A DNA stretch of 64,000 nt. Origin: an uncultured Chloroflexia bacterium (GTDB taxonomy: Bacteria > Chloroflexota > Limnocylindria > Limnocylindrales > CSP1-4). The stretch spans positions 1,298,259 through 1,362,258 of the forward strand of contig CAWCIK010000006.1 in assembly GCA_963795645.1 (NCBI GenBank), given 5' to 3'. The position numbers and the translations under genes were made by a program. The notes under the pieces were generated by a model. It did not search any database, had not been told where the DNA came from, and saw only the letters and a program-made list of their open reading frames with translations. Position 1 is the stretch's first letter. Every line of letters begins with the position of its first letter. This document shows, one piece after another, positions 29,331 to 39,918 of the stretch.

Positions 29331-30053
29331 TCAGGCCCGCGCCGGAGTCCGGTGAAACAGGCTCGGATCGGCCTTGCCGGGCAGGACCAGGATCAGCCGC
29401 GCCGGGTGCAGCCCGAACGTCGCCGATCCGCGCGGCCCCTCGACCGTGACCGCGTCGAGCGACGCGCTGCTGGCGAGAACGACGATCTCCGCTCCCGGCC
29501 GTAGTCCGCGCGCCTCCAGGTACGACAGCAGGCCGGCGTCCTCCTCGGCCTCCTCTGTGATGCGATAGATCGTGGCCCGCTCGCCCGAGCTGAGCGAGCT
29601 CAGAGCAACGCCCGGCGGCCGGCGGCGGGTCGCCGCGACATCGATCGGATTGCCGTGCGGGCACGTCTCAGGATGGCCCAGGAACTCGTCGAGCCGAGCC
29701 TCTACGTTCTCCGAGATGGCGGCCTGCAGGCGATGGGCCTCGAGGTCCAATTCGGCCCAGCCCATGCCCACGACATCGGTCAGCAGCCACTCGACCAACG
29801 CGTGGCGACGGAAGATCGCGTCGGCGATGGTGCGTCCGCTATCGGTCAGGTTGAGCTCGCGGTTGTCGGCGTCCGTGACGAGCCCCTCGCTGCGCAGACG
29901 GCTCATCATCTCCGACGCGGCCTGGGGGCTGACGTTCAACCGCCGCGCGATGGTCGCGATCGTCGCCTTCTGGTTGCTTGCGACCAGGTTGCGCAGCGCG
30001 GCCAGGTACTCCTGCGTGGCCGCAGTGTTGTGCCCTGATCGAGCGGCTGCCAT
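29331..30053 (-). CDS. DtxR/IdeR family metal-dependent repressor with C-terminal SH3-like (FeoA) domain
   Basis: N-terminal winged HTH (ATIATIARRLNVSPQAASEMMSRLRSEGLV); metal-binding and dimerisation region (HRLQAAISENVEARLDEFLGHPETCPHGNPI); C-terminal FeoA-like domain. ATG at 30053 chosen; a TTG at 30128 is the alternative. Confidence 0.78.
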   Translation of the reverse strand: MAAARSGHNTAATQEYLAALRNLVASNQKATIATIARRLNVSPQAASEMMSRLRSEGLVTDADNRELNLTDSGRTIADAIFRRHALVEWLLTDVVGMGWAELDLEAHRLQAAISENVEARLDEFLGHPETCPHGNPIDVAATRRRPPGVALSSLSSGERATIYRITEEAEEDAGLLSYLEARGLRPGAEIVVLASSASLDAVTVEGPRGSATFGLHPARLILVLPGKADPSLFHRTPARA

Positions 30054-30067
30054 GCCACGGAGGATAG

Positions 30068-31117
<1,050 letters not shown>

Positions 31118-31148
31118 CGGCGACGGTTAACCGGGTGGGCAGCGACTG

Positions 31149-31823
31149 ATGCCCGTCATCACCATTTCGCGCCAGTTCGGCGCAGCGGGCGTTCCCATCG
31201 GAACGAAGCTGGCCGAGCGCTTCGGGGCTGAGCTGCTCGATCGGGCGATCGTGGCCCAGGTAGCGGTCCGGTCGGGCATCCCGGAGAACGAGCTCGAGTC
31301 GTACGACGAGCGCCTGCCGTCCTTCTGGCAACGCGTCACGGCGGCACTTGCGTCCGGTTCGCCGGAGCCGCAGATGGCGCCCGTGCCGTACGCCGATCAG
31401 CTGCCGGCGACCTCCATGCAGGAGCGCCTCGTGGCCATCACGCGGGTGGTCATTGAGGAGGCGGCAGAGCGCGGCAACTGCGTGATCATCGGCCGTGGCG
31501 GAGGATGGATCCTGGCCGGCAGGCCGAACGTGCTCCACGTGCAGCTGCACGCCTCGCTCGATGCCCGGGTGCGCTACCTGCTGTCCCGTGTCGAAGAGGC
31601 GCCCGAAGACGTGCGCCCCGAGGAGAAGTCACTGCGCGAGGTGTGCCAGTCCGTCGACGCGGCGCGCGGCGAGTACCTCAAGCGCCTGTTCGGGGTGGAC
31701 TGGCTCGACTCGCGCTCGTACGACCTCGTTCTCAACACCGGGACGCTCGGTGTGGACCGCTCGGTCAGCCTGATCGAGCTTGCCGCCCGGAGCCTCGAGC
31801 CGGCCAAGCCCCACGAGCCGTGA
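31149..31823 (+). CDS. Cytidylate kinase-like family protein
   Basis: ITISRQFGAAG P-loop-like N-terminus and overall resemblance to the cytidylate-kinase-like AAA family; stop overlaps the next start (GTGA). Confidence 0.65.
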   Translation: MPVITISRQFGAAGVPIGTKLAERFGAELLDRAIVAQVAVRSGIPENELESYDERLPSFWQRVTAALASGSPEPQMAPVPYADQLPATSMQERLVAITRVVIEEAAERGNCVIIGRGGGWILAGRPNVLHVQLHASLDARVRYLLSRVEEAPEDVRPEEKSLREVCQSVDAARGEYLKRLFGVDWLDSRSYDLVLNTGTLGVDRSVSLIELAARSLEPAKPHEP

Positions 31824-33133
31824 CCCGCGACACAGCGCCTGCTGAGATCCCGGGCGGCCCACCTCCTTCGCGGCTGCCGCGCGGCCTGAGCGCGTTCCGG
31901 CACCGCAACTTCCGCCTGTTCTGGAGCGGCATGCTCGTGTCGCTCATCGGCACGTGGATGCAGACCGTCGGCCAGGCATGGCTCGTGCTGCAGATGACCA
32001 ACGATCCGCTGGCGCTGGGCATCGTCGCCGCGGCCCAGTTCACGCCGGTGCTCTTCCTGGGCCTGTTCGGCGGCATCGTTGCCGACGCGGTCTCGAAACG
32101 GAAGGCGTTGTACGTGACCCAGGCGTCCGCGGCGGTGCTCGCGCTGATCCTGGGCATCCTCGTCGCCACCGGCGAGGTGCAGGTCTGGCAGGTCTTCGTC
32201 CTCGCCCTGCTGCTGGGCGTCGTCAACGCGTTCGACATGCCCATTCGGCAGGCGTTCGTGGTCGAGATGGTCGGCCGTGACGACGTGGCCAACGCCGTCG
32301 CGCTCAACAGCGCCGTGTTCAACATGTCGCGCATCGTGGGTCCGGCGATCGGCGGGCTGGCCATTGCCATCATCGGCCTGGCGCCGCTCTTCATCGTCAA
32401 CGCCATCAGCTACGTGGCGGTGATCATCAGCCTGGCGCTGATGCGCGAGCAGGACCTCCATTCTGTCGCTCATGTCGTGGTCGAACGGAGCGTGCGCTCG
32501 ATCGTCGATCGGCTCGCCGAGGGCCTGCGCTACGTGCGGCGCGACGAGCAGATCTTCCTGGCCATCTCGGTCCTGACCGTCGTCGCGACATTCGCCATGA
32601 ACTTCACGGTGCTCATCCCGCTCCTCGCGCGCGACGTCCTCCACGGCGATGCCGACACGTACGGGTTCCTGATGGCCGCGAGCGGCGCCGGTTCGCTCAC
32701 CGGCGCGCTGGCCATCGCCTTCGGCGCACGGCCGACCCTGCTGCGGCTGATCGTCGGCGCCGCGACCACGGGCCTCGGCCTGGTGGCCGTCGCATTCTCG
32801 CGCTCAGTGCCGGTCGATCTCGTGCTCATGTTCATCGTCGGCTGGGGCACGATCTCGATGGCCGCGACGTGCAACACCCTGATCCAGATCACCGTCCCGG
32901 ACAACCTGCGTGGACGCGTCATGAGCGTGTACACGACGGCGTTCGCGGGTTCGACGCCTATCGGCGGCATCTTCGCCGGCGTGGTCGCCGGCATCGGTGG
33001 CGCGGCCCTGGCGCTCGGTGTCGGTGGCGCGATCGCGGCATTGGCGGCCGTCATCGGTTTCGCGCGCATGCCCAATCGCCCCGACATCCGCCCGCTCGCC
33101 GCGCTCAACAAACGCGACGCCCACATCCACTGA
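31820..33133 (+). CDS. MFS transporter (DHA3/EntS-like)
   Basis: 12 TM segments, FRLFWSGMLVSLIGTWMQ N-terminus; GTG start overlaps the upstream TGA. The ORF's 105-codon N-terminal overlap with the upstream gene is spurious. Confidence 0.8.
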   Translation: MTRDTAPAEIPGGPPPSRLPRGLSAFRHRNFRLFWSGMLVSLIGTWMQTVGQAWLVLQMTNDPLALGIVAAAQFTPVLFLGLFGGIVADAVSKRKALYVTQASAAVLALILGILVATGEVQVWQVFVLALLLGVVNAFDMPIRQAFVVEMVGRDDVANAVALNSAVFNMSRIVGPAIGGLAIAIIGLAPLFIVNAISYVAVIISLALMREQDLHSVAHVVVERSVRSIVDRLAEGLRYVRRDEQIFLAISVLTVVATFAMNFTVLIPLLARDVLHGDADTYGFLMAASGAGSLTGALAIAFGARPTLLRLIVGAATTGLGLVAVAFSRSVPVDLVLMFIVGWGTISMAATCNTLIQITVPDNLRGRVMSVYTTAFAGSTPIGGIFAGVVAGIGGAALALGVGGAIAALAAVIGFARMPNRPDIRPLAALNKRDAHIH

Positions 33134-33153
33134 CGCGGACCACGTAGCGTGGC

Positions 33154-34760
33154 GTGTTCGGGCGGTGGAGGGCTATCGTTGACGCAGCCGACCAGAAACA
33201 GGGAGCCATCACGATGACCGAGATAGCGGAACGACAGATCGACATGACCGCAGCAGGGCAGGAGATGGGGCGCGTTTCGCACTGGATCGGCGGCGGCACC
33301 GTCGAGGGCACTTCGGGCCGCCACGGCCCGGTCTACAACCCGGCCACCGGCCGCCAGGAGAAGACCGTCGATTTCGCCTCGGTCGAGGAGGTAGATGCCG
33401 CCGTTGCGGCCGCGGCCGCGGCATTTCCGGCGTGGCGCGCGACCTCGCTCTCGAAGCGCACGGAGATCATGTTCCGCGTCCGCAACCTGGTCGATCAGCA
33501 TCGCGCACGGAGATCGCGTGCTTCCTCACCGCCGAGCACGGCAAGGTCCCCTCCGACGCGCTCGGGCGAGGTCGCCCGCGGCCTCGAGAACCTGGAGTTC
33601 GCGACCGGCATCCCGAACCTGCTGAAGGGCGGCTACAGCGAGCAGGTCAGTGGCGGCATCGACGTCTACCAGATCCGCCAGCCGCTCGGCGTCGTGGCCG
33701 GCATCACGCCCTTCAACTTCCCGGCGATGGTGCCCATGTGGATGTTCGCCAACGCCATCGCGTGCGGCAACTGCTTCATCCTCAAGCCATCCGAGAAGGA
33801 TCCATCGGCTTCGATCTACATGGCCCAGCTGCTCGCCGAGGCGGGCGTGCCCGACGGCGTCTTCAGCGTCGTCCAGGGCGACAAGGTGGCGGTTGATCGG
33901 ATCCTCGAGCACCCGGACATCAAGGCCGTCTCGTTCGTGGGCTCCACGCCCATCGCCAAGTACATCTACGAGACGGGCACGCGCAACGGCAAGCGCGTCC
34001 AGGCCCTGGGCGGTGCCAAGAACCACATGATCGTGCTGCCCGACGCGGACATCGACATGGCCGCTGACGCAGCGGTGTCGCGCCGCGTACGGCTCGTCCG
34101 GCGAGCGCTGCATGGCGGTGTCGGTCGTCGTCGCGGTGGGCGATGTCGGCGATCCGCTCGTGGCCGCGATCAAGGAGCGCCTGCCCAGGATCAAGGTCGG
34201 ACCGGGCTCGGACGCGGCATCGGAGATGGGGCCGCTCGTGACGCGCGAGCACCGCGACAAGGTCGCCTCATATCTCGACAAGGCCGCCGACGCGGGCGCA
34301 ACTGTCGTCACCGACGGCCGCGAGGCACCGATCTACGGCGAGGACGGCTTCTTCCTGGGCGTGTCGCTGATCGACAACGTGCAGCCCGACCACGAGTCGT
34401 ACCGCAACGAGATCTTCGGCCCGGTGCTGGAGGTCATGCGCGTCGCGACGTACGACGATGCCGTGAAGCTGGTCAACGACAACCCGTACGGCAACGGCAC
34501 GGCGATCTTCACCCGCGACGGCGGCGCCGCGCGCCAGTTCCAGTTCGAGGTCGCAGGCGGGCATGGTCGGCATCAACGTGCCCATACCCGTGCCGGTCGC
34601 GTACTACAGCTTCGGTGGCTGGAAGGACTCGCTCTTCGGCGACGTGAACATGTACGGCCCGGAGGGCATCCAGTTCTACACGCGCTCGAAGGTCGTCACC
34701 GCGCGCTGGCCCGACCCCGGCACGTCCAAGGTCGACCTCGGCTTTCCGCGCACTCGCTGA
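33154..34760 (+). pseudogene. mmsA: Methylmalonate-semialdehyde dehydrogenase (CoA-acylating) with 4 frameshifts
   Basis: Canonical MmsA sequence (HWIGGG...[58 protein letters not shown]) must be read through frames 33154, 33432, 33154, 34112 and 34563. The first two single-base shifts (about 33510 and 33560) compensate each other within 50 nt. Confidence 0.75.
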
Positions 34761-34828
34761 CCGTCCGGCGTTCCAGCGCGGTGGAGACTGCGTCCGGGCT
34801 GACTCATAGCCCCGGCACCGCTCTATCC

Positions 34829-35851
34829 ATGAGCTACCGGCCTGGGCCGATGAGCAGGTTGATCACCTGGCTCGACGGGACACCCGGACGCGGCCTGTGG
34901 ATGGTCATCCTGCTGGCGGTGGTGCTGCTCGCGTGGGGCAACGGCTTCCTATGGGCCACGGGCCAACTGCCCGTCGGCACATTCGACAGCGGAGTTGCCG
35001 TCCTGGTCGCGTATGGCCCGTACGTGCTGGCGGCGATGCTGCTTGCCCGCTACGTCGCCTTGCGCGCCCTCGACACGTTCTGGCCGGCGACAGGCTGGCC
35101 GCAGACCGACCGGCCAGCGTGGGCATATCAGTTCATGAACACCCCCGCATGGATCGAGCTGGTCGCGCTGGCACTCGGCTTCGTTGTCGCGCTGGCCGCC
35201 CTGATCGCCGCGCCGACGACGGTCGTCGTCTCCGCGTCGACAGTCACCGTGGACTACTACCTGGCCATCGCCCCGATCTTCGTCGTCGGCTACACGCTGA
35301 CAATCGTGGCCGTGTTCATCGCGACCAGGTGGCTATTGCTGGTGATGCGCATCCACCGCGAGGCCAGGGCCATTGACCCGTTCGATCGAGCCCCCGTCTA
35401 CGCCTTCTCGCGGCTGACAGTGGTCATCGGTATGGTCGCGGTGATCGCGGCCTACTACACCTTCACGCTGAACGCCGCCTACCAGGTTGGCAACGTTCCT
35501 TCGCTGGCCTTGATGGCCGCGAGCGTGGCCGGCGGGCTGGGCGCCTTTGTCATTCCCTTGTGGGGCATACACGTGCGCATTGCACGCGAACGAGATGCGC
35601 TGATCCGCGACGTCGAGCGCCGCATCAACCGGATCGCCACGGAGCTCTACGCGGACATCGACGCGGGCTCGTTTGAGGCGGCCACCAAGTACAGCGCCTT
35701 GTTGACCACTCTCGGCAACCTGCGTGAGCGGGTGGGGCATCTGCCGACCTGGCCCTGGCCGCCGAACCTTTTCAGAGGCTTCATCACCGCGCTGCTGCTG
35801 CCGATCCTGATCTTCTTCCTGACCAAGGTGATCTCGACCTACCTGAGCTGA
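34829..35851 (+). CDS. Hypothetical integral membrane protein (about 7 TM)
   Basis: C-terminal part of ORF 34112..35851 after the mmsA stop; ATG at 34829 or 34850; strongly hydrophobic segments; no family recognised. Confidence 0.55.
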   Translation: MSYRPGPMSRLITWLDGTPGRGLWMVILLAVVLLAWGNGFLWATGQLPVGTFDSGVAVLVAYGPYVLAAMLLARYVALRALDTFWPATGWPQTDRPAWAYQFMNTPAWIELVALALGFVVALAALIAAPTTVVVSASTVTVDYYLAIAPIFVVGYTLTIVAVFIATRWLLLVMRIHREARAIDPFDRAPVYAFSRLTVVIGMVAVIAAYYTFTLNAAYQVGNVPSLALMAASVAGGLGAFVIPLWGIHVRIARERDALIRDVERRINRIATELYADIDAGSFEAATKYSALLTTLGNLRERVGHLPTWPWPPNLFRGFITALLLPILIFFLTKVISTYLS

Positions 35852-36030
35852 GAGCCGCGTCGCACTCGACTACGTTTCGCACACGGGTCGACGCCGCTGG
35901 GCATTGTTCTCGTCGTCCTCGGCCTGTTCGCCGGGGGCAACCTTGCGCTGATCGTGCTCGGCCTGCTCGCCGTTCTGGGCGGTGGCGTGCTTCAGATTGC
36001 GCTGGCCAGGCGCAGCTGAGGCGCCCTAGG

Positions 36031-37614
36031 CTAGCCCGAGGATGAGCCGCGTGTGAAGACGGCGCCGTCCAGATCGACCGTGCCCGAGACAACCGTCAGC
36101 TTCAGCACGTGATCGCCGGGCGTCAGCCCGACCTGGACGTCCACGAAGCGCTTATTGCCGGTCGGCGTCAGTGCGCCGATGTCGACCGTGAAGCAGTCCT
36201 CGTCGAGCGTGCCCGGATCGATACAGATCTCGGCCGAGCCCTGGCCGGAGTTGACCGGCATGACGAAGGTCGCGCCGTCGCCGTTGAAGCCTAGCCAGGC
36301 GCTGTCACCCGGGGTCGAGCTGCGGGCAACCTTGTGACGCGTCGCTCCGGCCTGCGCGACGATGCTCCAACTGCCCGTCAGGTGGAGCTGGGTCTCGCGC
36401 CGCCGAAAGGCACTGACGGTGTTGCTCTCGACCCAGTCGCTCCAGTTGCCCGCCTCATCCCTGGCCCGGGCTCGGTACTGGAAGGTGCGCCAGAGCGCGA
36501 TCTCGGGGCTCGAGTGGCCCACGCCGTGGTATGTCCGCTTGCCGTGCCACGCCGACCAGCTGCCGCCGACCATGCGCCGCACCTGGGTCTGGAACACCAG
36601 GTCCTCGGGCGCGGTCACATCGTCGTTGCCATCCCAGAAGAGCGCGATCGAAGCGCTGCCCACCCTGCCGAAGCGGTCGAGCACCGCGGCCACGCCATTG
36701 ACGGTTGGCGCAGTCACGTCGTCCGGCGATGTGTATTCGATGGTCACCATGCCGTCGCCGGACTGAGCGCCGTCGACGACCGACACGTCGGTGGCCGACG
36801 GATCCGTGTAACTCGAGCCGCCGCCGCCACCGCCGCTGCCGGACCAGTCGGTAACGCATAGGCCAATACCGGCTCCGCCACCACCGCCGTAGTAGCCACC
36901 ACCACCACCACCACCTTGGCCTCCGTCGCCGCCGCTACCGCCCTGGCCTTCGGATCCATCACCGCCGGCGCCGCCCGCGTAGACAGTGCCGCAATCGTTT
37001 TGTTGCCCGCCGCCGCCTCCAGCCGAAGATGTACCGGCACCACCCCCGGTGCTACCGACGACGGAGTCGTGGCTGGCTGCAGCGCCACCCCCCGAGCCGG
37101 AGTCCCCGCCGATGCCGCCCGTGCCACCGCTGAAGTCCTCGCCGCCGCCGCCGCCGCCGGCGGCGATCACCAGCGCCGTGGCTCCGTCATAGACGAATGA
37201 GCCGCCCCCACCGCCACCGCCGAAGAGCGAGCTCCCGCCGCCGCCGAAGGCGTTGGTTGGACCAGCGGGGTACACCGATCCCTGGCCGCCTACCGTGACG
37301 TCGAGAACATCGCCGCCCGCGACCGGCACAACCACGTGTACTTGCGCTCCTTGGCCGCCCGGGTTGTCGGCGAGACCAGTGCCGCCGGCGGCGCCGTAAG
37401 CGTCGACGGTGACCTCCGTCACGCCCGCGGGCACGGTCCAGTGCTCTATGGCCCCGGTGTAGTCGAAAGTGCATGTCGTCACGCTGGCTGCGGTCACGCA
37501 ACCACCGGACGGGTCGGCCGCCAGCGTGGCCGTCGGCAGGCTGAGGGCCGCCAACATCAGGGCGACGAGCGAAACGACAGCAGATACGGCCGTGTGACGA
37601 CGCACGACGATCAT
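36031..37614 (-). CDS. Secreted glycine-rich repeat protein with C-terminal beta-sandwich-like domain
   Basis: Start ATG preceded by GGAGGG. Signal peptide (MIVVRRHTAVSAVVSLVALMLAALSLPTATLAA); about 250 aa of GGxGG/GSGG repeats; C-terminal 200-aa globular domain with conserved Trp/Tyr. The ORF's 69-codon N-terminal extension is spurious. Confidence 0.7.
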   Translation of the reverse strand: MIVVRRHTAVSAVVSLVALMLAALSLPTATLAADPSGGCVTAASVTTCTFDYTGAIEHWTVPAGVTEVTVDAYGAAGGTGLADNPGGQGAQVHVVVPVAGGDVLDVTVGGQGSVYPAGPTNAFGGGGSSLFGGGGGGGSFVYDGATALVIAAGGGGGGEDFSGGTGGIGGDSGSGGGAAASHDSVVGSTGGGAGTSSAGGGGGQQNDCGTVYAGGAGGDGSEGQGGSGGDGGQGGGGGGGYYGGGGGAGIGLCVTDWSGSGGGGGGSSYTDPSATDVSVVDGAQSGDGMVTIEYTSPDDVTAPTVNGVAAVLDRFGRVGSASIALFWDGNDDVTAPEDLVFQTQVRRMVGGSWSAWHGKRTYHGVGHSSPEIALWRTFQYRARARDEAGNWSDWVESNTVSAFRRRETQLHLTGSWSIVAQAGATRHKVARSSTPGDSAWLGFNGDGATFVMPVNSGQGSAEICIDPGTLDEDCFTVDIGALTPTGNKRFVDVQVGLTPGDHVLKLTVVSGTVDLDGAVFTRGSSSG

Positions 37615-37709
37615 CGAAGAAAGCCCTCCAACTCGAGCAGCCGCAGCAGGACGCGAAGCCCTCGGCCCGAGGGTACACAACTGGGCAACCCCTAGGTCAG
37701 AATGGCCGC

Positions 37710-38174
37710 ATGAGCGGACGCTACCTGGACGATTTCGCGGTGGGCGAGGTGATCGCCTCGGCCGAGGAGTACGCGATGACCGCAGAGAACATCCACGCCT
37801 ACGCCGAGGAGTTCGACCCACAGCCCATCCACCTTGATCCGGCCGGAGCGGCGCGCGAGATGTTCGGCGGCGTCATCGCCAGCGGCTGGCACAGCCTGTC
37901 GGCGACGATGCGGCTGATGGTCCGCTCGAACATCTTCGACGGGGCACCGGTCGTGGGCGTCGGCGTCGACAACCTGCGCTATCTCAAGCCGGTCCGAGCC
38001 GGCGATCGTCTCCGTGCCCGGGCCGAGGTGCTCGAGATACGTCCCTCACGGTCGCATCCCGACCGCGGCTACCTGGTGTTGCGCGTCACGACCATGCGCC
38101 AGGACGGCGAGCCCGTCCTGACCCAGGAATGGACCGTCCTGGTCCCGTACCGCCTCGATCAGCGGCCTTCCTAG
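37710..38174 (+). CDS. MaoC-like (R)-specific enoyl-CoA hydratase/dehydratase
   Basis: Hot-dog fold MaoC signature (FAVGEVIAS...YAEEFDPQPIHLDPAGA...GGVIASGWHS). Confidence 0.85.
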   Translation: MSGRYLDDFAVGEVIASAEEYAMTAENIHAYAEEFDPQPIHLDPAGAAREMFGGVIASGWHSLSATMRLMVRSNIFDGAPVVGVGVDNLRYLKPVRAGDRLRARAEVLEIRPSRSHPDRGYLVLRVTTMRQDGEPVLTQEWTVLVPYRLDQRPS

Positions 38175-38929
38175 CGCGGGACGGCCACTGTCTCGCCGGG
38201 CGGCGTGAGCAGGATCGGCACATCCGGCGCCCTGGTCGCGGCGGCCTCTGCAAACTCGAGTGGCGGGCGCTCCAGCCTGTGGGGCGTGACGCGGCCCATG
38301 CCCAACGGCCACAGCGTGCCCCAATGGATCGGCACCGCGAGGCGCGGCTGGATCAGCTGCAGCGCGTCGGCCGCGCGGCCCGGGTCCATGTGCCCCGGCC
38401 CCAACCTTGGCCCCCAGCCCCACACCGGCAGCAGCGCCAGGTCCACGCCGGCCAGGTCGGCCATCTCGGGGAAGATGTCCGTGTCGCCGGCGAAGTAGAC
38501 GCTCTCGTTGTCCAGCTCGAAGACGTAGCCGACGGCGTCAGCGGTCGGCCCGAACGGCGGCCTGAAGCCCGAGTGGTCGGCGTGCGTGGCGCGCACCGTG
38601 ACGCCGTCCACAACCATCGATCTGCCCTTGCCGAGCTCCTCGACGCGCGTGAAACCCAGGCGCTGCATGAGCATCCCGGCGCCTCGTGGGACGACCAGCG
38701 GCAGGTCGGTGCCCAGGGCGCGCAGCGAGCGAACATCGAGATGGTCGAGGTGCAGGTGGCTGATGACCACCGCGTCGATGTCGCGGTAAAGGTCGCTCGG
38801 GAGCGTGGGCGCCGCGCGGCGCAGGATCGAGATGCGATCGAGCAGCACCGGGTCGGTCAGGATGCGGGCGTCGCCCATCTCGATCAGCACGGTCGAGTGA
38901 CCGAGGAATGTCACATCGGCCTTGATCAC
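38171..38929 (-). CDS. MBL-fold metallo-hydrolase
   Basis: HLHLDHLD metal-binding motif and a FLGHST N-terminus typical of the metallo-beta-lactamase fold; GTG start. Confidence 0.8.
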   Translation of the reverse strand: MIKADVTFLGHSTVLIEMGDARILTDPVLLDRISILRRAAPTLPSDLYRDIDAVVISHLHLDHLDVRSLRALGTDLPLVVPRGAGMLMQRLGFTRVEELGKGRSMVVDGVTVRATHADHSGFRPPFGPTADAVGYVFELDNESVYFAGDTDIFPEMADLAGVDLALLPVWGWGPRLGPGHMDPGRAADALQLIQPRLAVPIHWGTLWPLGMGRVTPHRLERPPLEFAEAAATRAPDVPILLTPPGETVAVPR

Positions 38930-38965
38930 GGGCTCTCCCTCGTTCCCGGGCTCTCCCTCGTTCCC
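38930..38965. repeat. Perfect 18-bp tandem duplication (CGGGCTCTCCCTCGTTCC x2) immediately upstream of the MBL start; each copy carries a GAGGGAG SD-like sequence on the coding strand
   Basis: Two identical adjacent 18-mers; in frame with and open into the MBL ORF (encodes GNEGEP x2 if translated). Confidence 0.6.
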
Positions 38966-39117
38966 TGCTGGGCTGGCACGTCGGCATTCTCCGGCCTGAG
39001 CACGAAGCGTGCCTGCAACAGGCGTGCCTGCAAAACCATTTTGCGCGGGTGGGCGGTGCGGTGCGCTTGCTTATTGCCCGGGGCGGTTATAGTTGCGACC
39101 GACAAGGAGGAGCCGCC

Positions 39118-39750
39118 GTGCGCATCGCCCCAGCGATGCTGGCCGGCCGCGTCGCCCCAGCGATGTTGGCCGTCTTTGCCAGCCTTATCGCGTTGCCAAT
39201 AGCCATGCCAGCCACAGCCCTAGCTTCGGCCCAACCGAAGCAGTGCACCCAGTGGACATCGACCACGCAGCCGCCGCCGACCATCGAGGTCTACCGCGTC
39301 TCCGAGGGCAAGGTCGACACAGTCGACTTCAAGGACTACGTCGTTCGCGTTGTCTCACGCGAGTGGAACGTCAAGCAAGGCGCCCTGCGCAAAGCGGGCG
39401 CCGTGGCCGTCAAGCAATACGCTTGGTACCACGTGCTGCACTACCGCGGCGGCACGTTCAACGGCCAGTGCTATGACGTGAAGGACACGACCGCGGATCA
39501 GCTGTACGCCGAGAAGCTCATCGCGTCCATCCCAAGTCGGGTCAAAAAGGCCGTCAACGCGACCTGGTCGTGGACACTCAAGCGCGGCGTCAAGTTCCCC
39601 ATGACCGGCTACCGCCGAGGGGCTGATGTTGCCTGCGCTGCGAACGCCGGGTACCACCTGTACGTGCGATCGGCGCGCAAGTGCGCCAAGCAGGGCTGGA
39701 GCGCCGATAAGATCCTGGCGGTGTACTACACGGCCACGGTCCTTCCGTAG
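39118..39750 (+). CDS. SpoIID/LytB domain protein (secreted)
   Basis: GTG start with AAGGAGGAG SD. Signal peptide. YVVRVVSREWNVKQGALRKAGAVAVKQYAWYHV matches the SpoIID/LytB signature. Contains a 27-nt imperfect in-frame tandem repeat in the signal region (APAMLAGRV/APAMLAVFA). Confidence 0.65.
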   Translation: MRIAPAMLAGRVAPAMLAVFASLIALPIAMPATALASAQPKQCTQWTSTTQPPPTIEVYRVSEGKVDTVDFKDYVVRVVSREWNVKQGALRKAGAVAVKQYAWYHVLHYRGGTFNGQCYDVKDTTADQLYAEKLIASIPSRVKKAVNATWSWTLKRGVKFPMTGYRRGADVACAANAGYHLYVRSARKCAKQGWSADKILAVYYTATVLP

Positions 39751-39823
39751 CGGCCGTCGCACCGCGGCCGTCGCACCGGCCCACGGCCGTCTTGCCGGCC
39801 CACGGCCGTATTGCAAATTGGAG

Positions 39824-39860
39824 CCCCGTCGTCGCTAAGCGACGACGGGGCCTTTTCTTT
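39824..39860 (+). terminator. Rho-independent terminator (CCCCGTCGTCGC-TAA-GCGACGACGGGG followed by CCTTTTCTTT)
   Basis: 12-bp perfect stem, 3-nt loop, T-rich tail, about 70 nt downstream of the SpoIID-like stop. Confidence 0.7.
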
Positions 39861-39918
39861 CGCGCCCGGCGCCAGCCGGGCGCTCCCCCTTTCGCGCCCG
39901 GCGCCAGCCGGGCGCTCC
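39857..39918. repeat. Two tandem copies of a 30-bp hairpin-forming unit (CTTTCGCGCCCGGCGCCAGCCGGGCGCTCC), period 32
   Basis: Identical copies each containing the inverted repeat GCCCGGC-GCCA-GCCGGGC. Start of a 480-bp repeat-rich, gene-free interval (39751-40229) that also holds direct repeats CGGCCGTCGCACC x2 and GGCCCACGGCCGT x2. Confidence 0.55.

Noticed and set aside
35852-35990. 45-codon hydrophobic open frame (GSTPLGIVLVVLGLFAGGNLALIVLGLLAVLGGGVLQIALARRS) right after the membrane-protein stop, in the same frame
   Set aside because: No ATG/GTG/TTG start codon in frame. It could only be made by stop-codon read-through, for which there is no evidence.
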